Source: Hyaloraphidium curvatum SAG 235-1 (Eukaryota > Fungi > Monoblepharomycota). Taken from it: 64,000 nucleotides of DNA. This document shows, one piece after another, positions 43,086 through 54,197 of this stretch. Within the stretch, counting starts at the first letter, position 1. Each line of letters opens with the position of its first letter. Both the position numbers and the translations under genes were made by a program. The notes below the pieces were generated by a model. That model ran no database searches, had not been told where the DNA came from, and saw nothing but the letters and a program-made list of their open reading frames with translations. The DNA is taken from assembly GCA_025558095.1 (NCBI GenBank), contig JAIVFI010000012.1:1-64000 (forward strand). The letters are read 5' to 3'.

Positions 43086-44828
43086 TCAGAGCTCGAAGCT
43101 CTCCCAGTGCACTCCAACGTCGCGCTTGGTGGACGAATCCCCGGCCATTTTTGCCCCTGCGTTGCGCACGTCCCGAACCAGGGACGACGGGCCGCAGACG
43201 CCGATCGCCAATGCACCCGGCGTCGCCGCCGCGATTTCCACCAGCACGTCACCGATGGCCGGCCTACCGGGCTGGGCAATGGCGGGCATCTTTCCGTCGG
43301 CGGCACGCGTGACGTAGCACCTCGCCTCCACCGAGCATCCGTTCTCCTCCGCACCGCCGGCCGCGTCGAGCAGCTTGCCCAGCTCCTCCTCGAACCAAGC
43401 CGCCTCGTCTCCCGTGCACACGTACCACACCAGCACCACCTTCCGCGTCGCCCACGCCAGCGTGCCAGATCCAAGCGGCGATCCCATGCGGGCGGCGATG
43501 TCGGCGGCGATCGACAGCATCGGCGACACGCCGATCCCGCCCGCCACGAGGATGACGGTATGGTAGCTCTCGAAAGCGATCCGCGGCCGGCCGTGGAAGC
43601 CATCCACGTACACGCGGAGGCGCTCGGAGCTCAGCGACGAGGCGAGGGCGACCGTAAAGTCTCCAGAGGCCTTGACGTGGAAGGACATTGTTCCGGAAGC
43701 ATCGGGGGCCGAAGAGGCCGAGAGCGGGTGGAAATCGAGCCTGGATCCGGCGCCGGGAATCGAGATGAATGCGTCTGAAGGCGGAGATGTCAGACAAACG
43801 GCGGATGGAGCCCATGTGCTGCGGTCTAATCCCACATTGGCCTGCATCGAATGCGCGGCTCCTCACGACCAGCTTGGAGCAGGTCTCCCCACCATCGCCT
43901 GCCGGCATGACCTTGGCGTCGAGCACGTTCGCCTCGCGCCAGCTTCTCCAAAACCGGATCGCCCGATCGCCGATCCAGGCGACGCCTCCGAGCGCGGAAA
44001 ACCATCCGAACGCGGGCCGGTGGAGAATACCAAAGAGAAGGAAGGGGAGGAATAGGTGATGTGCATAGTAGAAGAGTCTGAAGCGCAGCCTCCGCACGGC
44101 CGGAAGAGAAAGCATAGCGAGGACGACGAGGCAGATCCAAGCCGCGATGCCGAAGATGTTGACCGGTAGCTGCACCTCGCTAGAGAGCTTGCCGGTGTTT
44201 GAGAGATGCACAAAGGTGAGAACTGAGTGCAGAGTGAACTGAAAAAAGACAAGGTAGCCGATCCAGCGGTGCCAGAGGAGGGTGCGCTCAAAGGGCTCAT
44301 TGGCGATCACGGTCAGGAGCGAATTGCGGGTAGCAGCTGGAATTGATGCACTCAGAGATTGATACCAGTTGGCCCCGATCACCTACACATCAGGATAAAG
44401 AACATGTTGCCGCAGCCGACCCATGCAACCCTCTTGGAGACGGCATTGACGTTCCAGATCGCACCTGCCGCCACCTGATCCGGCGTGGGGTACGGAACGG
44501 GCACGATCATGAGCACCAGGTTGGCTGCGAGAATCAGAGCCAGTTGCAGTCCTTCGTAGTTGCCCAGTGCGGTGCCGAAGACGGGATTTGGAGGGGCCAG
44601 AGGTTGCGCGAGAAGAAGGCGTCGGACGAGCCGGGTCAACAGGGAAGGCGGCGAGGGTAAAACGATGCCGCGGCCCGAGAGCATCCTGTGCTTCATCGAA
44701 ATACGTCGCCAGTCTGCGATTCGCTCGGCGAGAGAGAGACCGGCCAGCAGCGCGAGCATGAACAGCACAAGCAGGGCGCCGGAGGCCTGCTGCGAGGAGA
44801 ACCCAGTCTTGACCGAGTAGACAGGCAT
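43086..44828 (-). CDS. Ferric reductase-like transmembrane flavoprotein (FRE/NOX family), two introns
   Basis: RNSLL, WHRWIG, FYYAHH...ILH (heme His), FHPLS (HPFS-like), VDGFHG, LVAGGIGVSP, VCGPSSL and HWESFEL. Confidence 0.9.
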
Positions 44829-45082
44829 CGCGACAGACAGGAGGCAGAGGAGGTCAATTGCGTTCCGAAATCTTAGTCCACTCTGTGGTCTTTTGGGGTT
44901 CCGAGTGCGTGGGTCTCGGTAGGTTACCGGGATTAGGCGAGGGACTGGACCCGACGCTTCCGACCGGCCGCCCGCCACCGAGGTCCCCGCATCCCCGCTT
45001 CCGAACCGGATCCCGTCGGGAACGAGCCGTACTGCACGTTCCGAGCTGCCTCCCATCGCTAGTTGTTCCTCCTACCTCCACC

Positions 45083-45598
45083 ATGCACGTCGAGCGCCAC
45101 CGTCGTGCGCGTGCGCCGGGGACCCTCTCTGCGCCACTGTTTGCTGGCGCCATCGGCATCATCGTTCTGTTCTTGGCCGCAACCGTATCGTGCGCGTCTG
45201 CGCCTGACGGCACTGTCCTTGCCGTGCGTGCTTCTCGAATGCTACCGTAAGGTGCCTCACCCTGAGCCGTTCGCCACGGATTCCAGATCAACGTCACACT
45301 CTCTCACAATGCAAGCTTGACAACCAATGCCGCCGGGGGGAACACCACCACCTCCCCAGCACGCCGTCGCATGGCGCCTTGGGAATCGTTCCTCGCGTCG
45401 GGCAACTTCTTCTACACGGCTTGGGCCGTCTTTGGCACCCTGGTCATCGTTGGTCTCGCGACTCGTTGGGCAGACATGGCCTGTGAAGCGAAGGCTAGGA
45501 GGATGACTGTCATGTCGAGAGGGGTGCAGATTGAGGTAGTTGCTGGAAAGGACGAGGAAGACAAGAAAGAAGATATCGTGGAGACGAACGACATCTAG
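45083..45598 (+). CDS. Small membrane protein (signal/TM segment plus second TM, acidic tail), one intron; divergent from the ferric reductase
   Basis: Hydrophobic LFAGAIGIIVLFLAATVSC, a GTAAGG donor near 45247, and a second exon with FFYTAWAVFGTLVIVGLA. Confidence 0.45.
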
Positions 45599-46045
45599 AA
45601 ATTGGTGCTTCCGTTCCTTACTGTCGCAAGATTGCTGTAACGTACCAGGACGTTTGGCTTAGCCAACGCCCTATCGCTACAGACTCCCGGGTTCTGGCCC
45701 CTGGCCGTGAGGCCTGGAGAGGACAAGGATCGGAGAGAGAAGGATAGGAGGTGGATACTTAGCTCAGGATCTGGGTGCTTGGACGTAGGTACGGGTCGTT
45801 GGATGTGGGGATGAGTGTATGGGGTTGCATGGGCACGGGGGCACCTCGGGCTGTGCCCTCTACATCAAGAGCTTATATAGTCCGAGCCGTAGATCATTCT
45901 ATCAGCTTCCCCGACATTCCATCAGCTTCCACGGGCTTCCCCAGAGGGTGTCGCTAGTTCTCGGGTAATCCCTCGAGCCCAAATAGAGATATTCCTAGTG
46001 CCAGGGTACTGGCACCCAACATTGCCCACAGCAAAGTCCTCGGCT

Positions 46046-48224
46046 TCATAGCTTGTGCCCGAACACGACCTCCTCCAGCTGCGACGCCCGCGTGTTCTGG
46101 TCGAACCGGTGCTTCCCCCACCGCTTCGCCAGCTCGAAATCCGGCTCCCGCGGCGGCCCCATCGCCGCCACCTTCTCCACGTCAGCGCCGAACGCCGGCT
46201 CGGGGATGGCGTTCAGCTTGGGATCGGCCATGTCGGAAAGCCGTGTGAGGGTGAGCTCCGAGTAGTCGGGCGAACGGATCTCGTCCATGTACGCGAGGGA
46301 GTAGCCGGGGTAGTGCGACACGAGGACGCCGCTTGGGTGCTTATACCAGCCACCGCAGTCGAGCTGGATTTCGGTTAGGTGGTGGATCTGAGGCGCCGCG
46401 GGCATAACGCTCACCTGCCAGATCGTGCCCTGCAGCTCCTGCTGGATGCGGTCGTTCCATGCCTTTTCCACGTCCCGCTTGGGATCGACGGAGACGATGT
46501 CGGTCATCTGCATCTTCTGTATCAGCTGGAAGGCGAAGTTGATCTGCTGCTCTTCGAGGCTGTGGATCGACTGCGCGGCCACGGGCGCGTTGGGTCCCTT
46601 GAAACGCAACAATCCAGGTCAGCCCAGCAGGGAGGGACGATCCACGGCGTCGACCGACCATGACGTGCAGGAAGTTGGGGAAGCCCGACGACATGACCGA
46701 CTTGTACGAGAACGGGTAGTCCGCCCAGACCTGCGCCAGCGTCTTGCCGCCGCGGCCCGTGACGGGGAACGACGGCTTGTAGTCGACGTTGAACCCGGTC
46801 GCCTTGATGATAACATCGCAGGGCCTCTCGACGCCGCCGGCCACGATGCCCCTGGCCGTGAACCGCTCGATGGGCCCCTTGACGATCGTGGTCCGCGGGT
46901 CCTGCAGCGCCTCGAGGTAGAACTCGTGCGGGGTCGGGCGGCGGCAGCCCACGGGGAAGGTCGGCGTGAGCTCCGCGCGGAGCTTGGGGTCGCGGACGAG
47001 CTTGTCGAGGAGCTTGCGCGCGAGCGACTCGGCGACCCGCGACTCCCTCGAGCCGATGCGGAACATGTTGTAGGACCGGTCCATCTGGCGGAAGTTCCAG
47101 CGCACAAAGTCGTGCGCGTACTGCCGGTCGGAGAAGAGCTCCTTCTCCCGCGGGGAGTACTTGTGCACGTCGATCTTGTCGATCCCGCCGAGCTGGTTCG
47201 AGATCCACGTCGGCGTGCGCTGGTAGCTGTGCAGCTCCGCAACCTTCTTGAAGATAGTCCCGATGGTCTGGATGCCCGACGAGCCGTTGCCGATGACCGC
47301 GACCCGCTTGCCCTCGAGCGGCACGGACCGGTCGAACCGCGCCGTGTGCATGACCTTGCCCCCCGCCGCCACGAACTCCTCCTCGCCCGGCCAGGTGGGG
47401 ATCTTGGGGCGGTTGAGGACGCCGTGCGAGTTGATGAGGAAGTGCGTCCACTCGGTGCGGACGGCGCCGTCGGGGCCGCGGACCTCGAGGCGCCAGGCCT
47501 GGCGGTCGTCGGACCAGGTGGCCGAGACGACCTCGGTGCTGTAGTGCGTGAAGGCGTCGACGTTGTACTTCTTGATCATCCTGGAAAAGTAGCTTTCTAT
47601 CTCGTCACTGCGAACGGAAGTGGGAAGTGGGAAGTGGTCAGACGTCGCGACGGGCGCTGCGAGGGAGGACACACCTCTCGACGTACTCGGCCGACCACAG
47701 CGGGTTCGGTTCCCATCTCCAGATGTAGTACGGTGCCGTGAGGTCGCAGCGGCAGCCGGGGTACTTGTTCTCGTCTGCGGAGTGGGAAGGTTGGTTGGGA
47801 GTTTGCCGGCGACGGCGCAGTTTCCGAGTACCCACACCACGTCCCCGTCGGCTTCGCGTTCTTCTCAAAGATCTTGAGGTTCACGTTACGCAACCTTCAC
47901 GACATGACCGTCAGCACGTCCCTGAACCCCTTCTGAAACAGAGACGCACCTCCACTGCGCAAACATCGCCACGGTGATCCCCCCCATCCCCGTCCCGATG
48001 GCCGTCACATCGAACCTCCTCAGATCCTCGTCCCGCGTGCCCTCGGGGTAGTGCAGCTCCGTGGCCGTGTGGAACTCGTCCACCTCGACCTCGGTCGGGA
48101 AGGCGAGGTCCAGCAGCGGGCGGCGGTCGTCCAGGGGGTCGTAGAACAGCTTGGGGTCGGTCCCCGCGAGGCCGCCGTTGGGGGCACGGGGGACGTGGTG
48201 CGGGATCGCCGAGGCGGGGGCCAT
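46046..48224 (-). CDS. Baeyer-Villiger/flavin-containing monooxygenase, multi-exon, ending -HKL (possible PTS1)
   Basis: AIGTGMGGI, ENKYPGCRCD, GKVMHTARF, VAVIGNGSSGIQ, YQRTPTW, VGCRRP, KATGF and FPNF...GPN. Confidence 0.9.
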
Positions 48225-48424
48225 GTCGTGGGGCGGGAGAGGGGGCCGGGAGGAAGTTTGCCGTGGGAGGCGGTGTGGCAAACTGCAGGCGCGCAAGGAC
48301 GCTACCTCGAATCGACTCATGGTTAGCTTCGCTTTGTCCGGCAGGACATCCACATTCTACTACTGTCCCTTTTCCATGTCACTTTCACAAGTGGAGAGGA
48401 GATTTGCACCCTGGGTTGGGTTGC

Positions 48425-50035
48425 TCAATGGACGTTCTTGGGCGCCCCGCACATGCAGGTCCCGTACCCCGGCGCGGCGAGATCGAGCTTGAACGCCCCG
48501 CACCCCGTACTAGGCGGCGGTCCATCAGCGCTCGACGGCGGTGGATGCGCCAGGGGAGCGACAGCCGGCGGCACCTTAGCCGCAATCTCCTTGGCCGTCG
48601 CAGCCCAACCCGACCTGCCCAGCTTCTCCGTCACCGCTCTCACCTCGAGCCGGCATCCCCCCTCCCCCACAGGCTTCGTGTTCCCCACCCCCTTCTTGGC
48701 CTGCCCCGCCGGTAGCTCGGCTGCCAGCTTCGATCCGCCTCCCTCAAAAGCGAGGTTGCTCCCCATGAGCTCGCACAGGATCCTGAAGCTCCCTTGCGCG
48801 CCGCCCGTGCGTTCCACGGAGAGAGAGAAGCGGCCGTAGCCCTCCCTGGCCGCCACCACCAGCTCGATCCCGTCGCCGACCGGGAGCCTGCGCAGGTCGG
48901 GCACGGCTTCGGCTGAAACCTGAAGCACATCATCAGTGGGTCCTTCGACCTCGATCGCGCGGGTCGTCTGGCCGGGCTTGGCGCGGATGCGCCTGACCAG
49001 GGGAAGCCCGTCCGCGGCGCGGATCCCAGGTGAGGCGGTCAGATCGAGGTCGATCCACTGCGCATCAACGTTCGCGTCCGTCTGCAGTGTGAGCACCGTC
49101 CTTGCCTGGGCACCGGCAGGCCCAGCGACGCTAGACTCAAGGAGCACCACGCCGGGCGCCAGCTCGCGCTCGCGCTTTCCGAGCACCGAAGCCCTGATGA
49201 CCGTCTTGACCGTAAAGTCGCCGTCCAAAGAATGCAGGGAGCACAGGTGGAACGCATCCGCTCCCGCAGAGACAACTGTGGTGGCCAATCTCGCCTCCGT
49301 ATCGGCCGTGCTACCCGCGGGAACCTCGAGCCGCATCGTCTCGGGCGTGCCCTTGAAATCGATCTCCACCCGCACCTCCCCCGCCCTCGCATTCGACGCA
49401 AAGTACTCGTACCGCGCAAACGTGCCGGCCACCAGCACCGCGCGCCTGACCACCTGCACGCCCTCGCACGCCTCGACGACGTCGTCCTCAATATGATCCG
49501 TGTGCAGCATCTGCGTGAAGCGCTTGAACCCCTGCCTTTCCTCGCCGGGCTCCAGCGGCGTCGTGCTGACCAGTTTGACTCGGAAACCCTTCCCGTGCGG
49601 CAGGACCGCGGAAAAGACGAAGGGCTGCGCCTGTTCCACCGCGACCCACTCGTCGGGCTCGATGGCCTCGATCTCCCAGCCACCGACCGCATCGGACAGA
49701 TCGGCACCGAAGCAGACCTCCTTCCCGGAGTGGGCACGGTTGGCAAAGAGGTACTCGAGGCGCCAGTACCCGTCCTCGCCGACCTCGTTCCGCACGTCCT
49801 CGCTACCGCACTCGCCGTCCTCCCACGAGAACGTCCCCGTTACTTCCATCGAACTGCCCGCTTCGCCTCCCTCGGGCGAGGACAAGGCGGGGGCGGCGGG
49901 GGCGGCGGGGCGCGCGGCGGAGGAGAGGAGGGCCTCGGCGCGCGAGACGGCCGTGAGCGGCGCTGCGGGGGAGGCGACCGCGGGGGTGAAGGTGGTGCGG
50001 TGGCGGCGGAGCGTGGCGTCGGACATTGCGCTCAT
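48425..50035 (-). CDS. Hypothetical protein with repeated beta-rich modules and C-terminal Cys/His motif
   Basis: 536-aa intronless ORF with recurring YxFxN..xxxVxxDF-like modules, ending CGAFKLDLAAPGYGTCMCGAPKNVH*. Confidence 0.6.
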   Translation of the reverse strand: MSAMSDATLRRHRTTFTPAVASPAAPLTAVSRAEALLSSAARPAAPAAPALSSPEGGEAGSSMEVTGTFSWEDGECGSEDVRNEVGEDGYWRLEYLFANRAHSGKEVCFGADLSDAVGGWEIEAIEPDEWVAVEQAQPFVFSAVLPHGKGFRVKLVSTTPLEPGEERQGFKRFTQMLHTDHIEDDVVEACEGVQVVRRAVLVAGTFARYEYFASNARAGEVRVEIDFKGTPETMRLEVPAGSTADTEARLATTVVSAGADAFHLCSLHSLDGDFTVKTVIRASVLGKRERELAPGVVLLESSVAGPAGAQARTVLTLQTDANVDAQWIDLDLTASPGIRAADGLPLVRRIRAKPGQTTRAIEVEGPTDDVLQVSAEAVPDLRRLPVGDGIELVVAAREGYGRFSLSVERTGGAQGSFRILCELMGSNLAFEGGGSKLAAELPAGQAKKGVGNTKPVGEGGCRLEVRAVTEKLGRSGWAATAKEIAAKVPPAVAPLAHPPPSSADGPPPSTGCGAFKLDLAAPGYGTCMCGAPKNVH

Positions 50036-50349
50036 CGGAGGCGGGCACAGTGCGATGAGGGGTGGGAAGGAAGTCAGTCAATTTCGTCAGTCAGTCAGTC
50101 AGGCAGGGCGACCTCCCGATCCGTTCCAGCCAGCCCGCGATCGTTGCTCCAACAACGGAGGGGCCGATAAGGATCGGAAGGAAGAAGGATTAGTACCGCA
50201 TCACGCCCTCCATCCGAGAACCAGGCAATCAAGTCCATTCACGTCTGACGCCCTCGGGCTCCGCAACCTCGCCCGGGTCGGCCAGCACCACCATCGCCTT
50301 CCAACATGCCCATCTATCCACGGGCCGCAACCATCCACCGCAATCCCCT

Positions 50350-52276
50350 CTACAGCCTCCACCACCCCCTCCCCCTCGCCCTCCTCCTCTCCTCCCCCAG
50401 CGTCCCCCAATCGTCCGCGGTATGCACCCCGTCCCAGTGCTCCTCCCTGCCCTTCCTCCGCGCGGGAACCCCCATGTCGCCGCAGAGGTCGTCGCAGAAG
50501 GGGATCCAGCACATGAAGGTGTCGCTCGCGTGCACCCTCCCGGCTTCGCGGGGCTTGGGCCGCCGCGGGTCGTCGTACTGCCGCTCGATCCAGCGCTCGA
50601 ACACGTCCGTCCGCCGCGCGGTTTCGCCGGGGGAGGGCAGCCGCATCGCCCTTCCGACCTCTGCGTTCCATGTCTTCTCCTCTTCCGTCTCTGGGCTGGC
50701 AACGACCGCCCCGGGCGCCCCGAGGAACGCCTCGTGGATCCAATGCGCCGCCACTTCCATCGCCACGCTGTTCACCGGCACGTTGAACATGCCGTTGAAA
50801 GCAACGTTGCGGTGCGGCCACGCTTCGGGCCCGTGGGGCGGTAGGATGCGGCGGTACAGCCGCATGCGGGGGTCGGAATCGGTGGGGAGGCCGAGGCGCG
50901 CGGCGAGGTCCGCGGTGAAGAAGGGGAAGGAGGCCTGGGACCAGCCGGTGGCCATGACGAGGGCCGAGACGGAGGGGAGGGAGGCTGGGCAGGTTCCGTG
51001 CAGGGAGTTCAGTGCCAGGGTGGGATAATCGCCGGGCGAACCGGGTGCCTCGAACCCGACGGGGGTGCACTTGAGCGCGAGGAGCTTGCCGGAGCGGATC
51101 AGCGGGAAAAACTCCACGGGGCACAGGCCCCCCGCGCTCGCGAACCGCGAGGACTCCTCCGGCAGCAGCGGGTCCCCGTCCGCAAGCTTGTACACCCTCC
51201 TCAGCGTCGCCTCGTACTTGCCCCTCGCCTCCTCGAGCCGCTTCTCGCCCCAGGGGGTGCCGAACAGCCATCGCGCCTCCCACGTGCGGTGCTCGTAGTA
51301 CGGCCGCAGCCGCTCCCACGAGCTGCGGGTGGCCATGGCGTACGAGTGGAAGGGCCAGAACCAGTGCGCGCGGCGGAAGAGGATGGCGACCTTGGTGGTG
51401 GGCGGGGCGTGTAGGGCGAGGTGGGTGGCGATGTCCAGGGCGGACTTGCCGAAGCCGAGCACAGCGACGGTGCCGGGGGTTTCGAGGACGCGGGAAAAGG
51501 TGGAGGGTTGGGAGAGGTCCGAGCCGTGCACGACGAGCGTCCTCTTGGTCCGGTCGTCCGGAGTGGCAGGGATGCCGAGGTGCGGGATCTCAGCATGCTC
51601 CGCGAGCCCACGGAGGCCGTCCAGCGGCATTTTGGGGATGCTGAAAATGCCCGTCGCGACGACGAGGTAATCGGCTTCGACGGTGATCCGGGCGCCGCCG
51701 CACTCGACAGTCGCGTGCCACACGGGCGGCGCGTCGGGGCCCGAGGGGAAGGAGGGCACGATGGATACGGCGCGGCAGCCGAAGGCAATCCGGTCCATGA
51801 CGCCGAAGCGACGGGCGTAGGTCTCCAGGTGGTGCACGATCTCCTCGGCCTTGACGAGCCGCGAGATGGGCTCCGTCGGGAGGTCCCACAGCGGGTGCCC
51901 GGCCAGGCCTGGAATGCACAGCAAAAAATCGGAACAATGGATCAAATAATGCCGATTTATGGTCAGAAGAGGAATCCCAGCAACGGAAGATACGCCTGGG
52001 AGACACACCGTACAGTCCCCGCGGCCCGTTCGAGGTCAGCCCCGGGTACGCCCTCCCCTCCGCCCACACGCCGCCCATCGAGCTGTGCTGCTCGATCACC
52101 AGCAGGTTGCGCGGCGGCAGCGCGGGCGGCGCGTGCAGGAACGTCTTTGCGGTGGCGATCCCGGCGACGCCCGCGCCGAGCACGAGCACACGGCGGTGCG
52201 GGCCGGTGCGCGGCGTGGCGCGCTCGGCAGCTTCAGCGGCATCGAATTGCCAGGATTTAAGCAGGTCTTTGGCCAT
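50350..52276 (-). CDS. Flavin-containing monooxygenase (FMO/dimethylaniline monooxygenase-like), one intron
   Basis: VLVLGAGVAGIATAK, MGGVW...YPGL, LVVATGIFS.P, VAVLGFGKSALDIA, VMATGW and LYRRILPP. Confidence 0.9.
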
Positions 52277-52381
52277 CCTAGCGGAAGGGCGGGTCGTGTT
52301 TGGACTGTGGCGCGGGGCCAACTTGCCACTCGTGCTCCTTCTCGACTTCCCCGGGCCTGCTTCCCCAGTTGTCGATCACCG

Positions 52382-53452
52382 ATGCGGCGCTGGCTCGCGT
52401 CGCCCGACGCGTCAAACGAGCCGGAGATCCCGACGTTCCGGGCGGTCACGTACAATGTGCTCGCGGAGACGTACTGGTCGCGCTCGCCCGAACGCGACTG
52501 CCTGGGGCCCGGCACGGAGTACCTGTTCAAGCCCGAGCAACGGATGGCCCGTATCGTCGATGAAATCAAAGGCTACGATGCGGACCTGCTTTTTCTCCAG
52601 GAGGTGGAATCGGACCTGTTTGAGCGCGTCCGCGGCCTGGGCTTCCCCGGCGTGTTCAACCAGCGGAACCGCGGCGAGGGCCTGTCCCTCCACTGGAACC
52701 CGAAAACATTCTCCTTCGTCTCGGCGCACTGCTTCAGCTTCCGCGCCTCGCAGCTGCCCGACTTTGGCTTCCCCGCCGGCGCCCTCGGCACCGACTTTTC
52801 ATCCCTCCCCGAGGTCTTTGCCGCCTGCCGCCTCGTGCACCTCCAAACCGGCCAGGAGCTCCTAGCAGCATGCACGCACCTCCACTGGAACCCCCGCAAG
52901 CCTCACCTCAAGGCCGTGCAGGCCCACGTCCTCGCCTCCTCCCTGGCCCGCCTGCGCGGTGACCCCTCCGTCCCCGTTCTGCTGGGCGGCGACTTCAACA
53001 GCCTCCCGCACAAGTTCCGCCCCGACGCGTTCGACCCCGTCCTCGCGCACCCGGGGCAGCCCAGCGGCGCCTATTCCCTCCTCACCGGCCACCCGCTGCC
53101 GCCGGAGCACCACGATCACCCCGCGCGCAGGGGTTTCGGCACACTCCGCGGGACCCTGCAGCCTCCCTTGCCGTTCGCATCCGCGGCGAAGGAGTTCCTC
53201 GGCAGCGAGCCGGCGCTGACCATCCGCAGCGGGGACGGGTTCTCCGGGACGCTGGACTACCTGTTCCACTCGGGCTTGGCTGTGCGGGGGTTCCTGGAAA
53301 TGCCTTACGACGTTGCGGTGGGGTCGGATCCGGCGGACGAGAGGACGATAGGGGTGTTGCCGGATGCGAAGTTTCCCTCGGATCATTTGGCGGTGGGGGC
53401 GGTGTTTGCCTTCTCCAAGGAGGGAGAGACACCGGCAGCCGACGGTGTCTGA
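52382..53452 (+). CDS. Endonuclease/exonuclease/phosphatase family (CCR4/nocturnin/PDE12-like)
   Basis: VTYNVLA, ADLLFLQEV, CTHLHWNP, LGGDFNSLP, GTLDYLF and FPSDHL. Confidence 0.9.
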   Translation: MRRWLASPDASNEPEIPTFRAVTYNVLAETYWSRSPERDCLGPGTEYLFKPEQRMARIVDEIKGYDADLLFLQEVESDLFERVRGLGFPGVFNQRNRGEGLSLHWNPKTFSFVSAHCFSFRASQLPDFGFPAGALGTDFSSLPEVFAACRLVHLQTGQELLAACTHLHWNPRKPHLKAVQAHVLASSLARLRGDPSVPVLLGGDFNSLPHKFRPDAFDPVLAHPGQPSGAYSLLTGHPLPPEHHDHPARRGFGTLRGTLQPPLPFASAAKEFLGSEPALTIRSGDGFSGTLDYLFHSGLAVRGFLEMPYDVAVGSDPADERTIGVLPDAKFPSDHLAVGAVFAFSKEGETPAADGV

Positions 53453-53720
53453 GCGATCTGCAATCGACGGATGGGTCCCCTGCGTCGGGCGCGCCGTGGT
53501 ATCGGGTGCTCCGGATCCGCGGATGCGAAGAGCTGCATGCTGCCCGGCGGATCCTTTGTTTCCCAAGACGCGCCCTTAAGCACTACCATAGCCCCCGGAG
53601 CTGCTTCCGCTTCTTGTCCGAAGGTGCGTGCGAAAGCGTGCTGGCGAGGCTGCGGCCGTGCGCCAATCGGCGCCACAAGGGCTCCGTGCAGCCACCTGCT
53701 GTCTCCCACCGCCACCAACC

Positions 53721-53978
53721 ATGTCCTCCTCCGACGCCGCCGCCGCCCCGCCCGCCTGGTCACCCGAGTACCGGGCGAACCACCCGGCGCCGACGCACAC
53801 GCCCACGCCCTCGGAGCTCGCGGACTACAACGCAAAATTCCAAGCTATTTTGGCCGAGGGCAACGCGCAGCCGTACTTTTCGGAGCCGCACCCCGAGACG
53901 GGGAGGAAGAGGGAGGGCCTGCGGTTCCCCGAGTACGATCCGGAGCAGGATGACACGCTGACGGGGGGGTCCAAGTGA
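53721..53978 (+). CDS. Small hypothetical protein (85 aa)
   Basis: ACC-ATG context and GC3-rich codons: MSSSDAAAAPPAWSPEY...LRFPEYDPEQDDTLTGGSK*. Confidence 0.5.
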   Translation: MSSSDAAAAPPAWSPEYRANHPAPTHTPTPSELADYNAKFQAILAEGNAQPYFSEPHPETGRKREGLRFPEYDPEQDDTLTGGSK

Positions 53979-54197
53979 GGCGGTTGCGGTCCGACGCCGG
54001 ATCGAATGTGCAAGCGCGTCGGCCCCCACCCGGTCCCAAAGTGGTGCTAATGGATAGGAAACTTCGTTCCAGGTGGGTCTCGTCACCGATGCGCTAGCAC
54101 ATTGTGACCCGGGTGTGTGGCAGGAGGATGGCGGGCTCACGTAAACAATCCGTGACCGCACGGAACTGTTCTGCCCCCCAACGCGTCTGTCCTGTCG

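Noticed and set aside
43086-52276. Secondary-metabolite or siderophore cluster (ferric reductase plus two flavin monooxygenases)
   Set aside because: No NRPS, PKS or NIS backbone gene, and the monooxygenases are BVMO/FMO types rather than evident ornithine N-hydroxylases.
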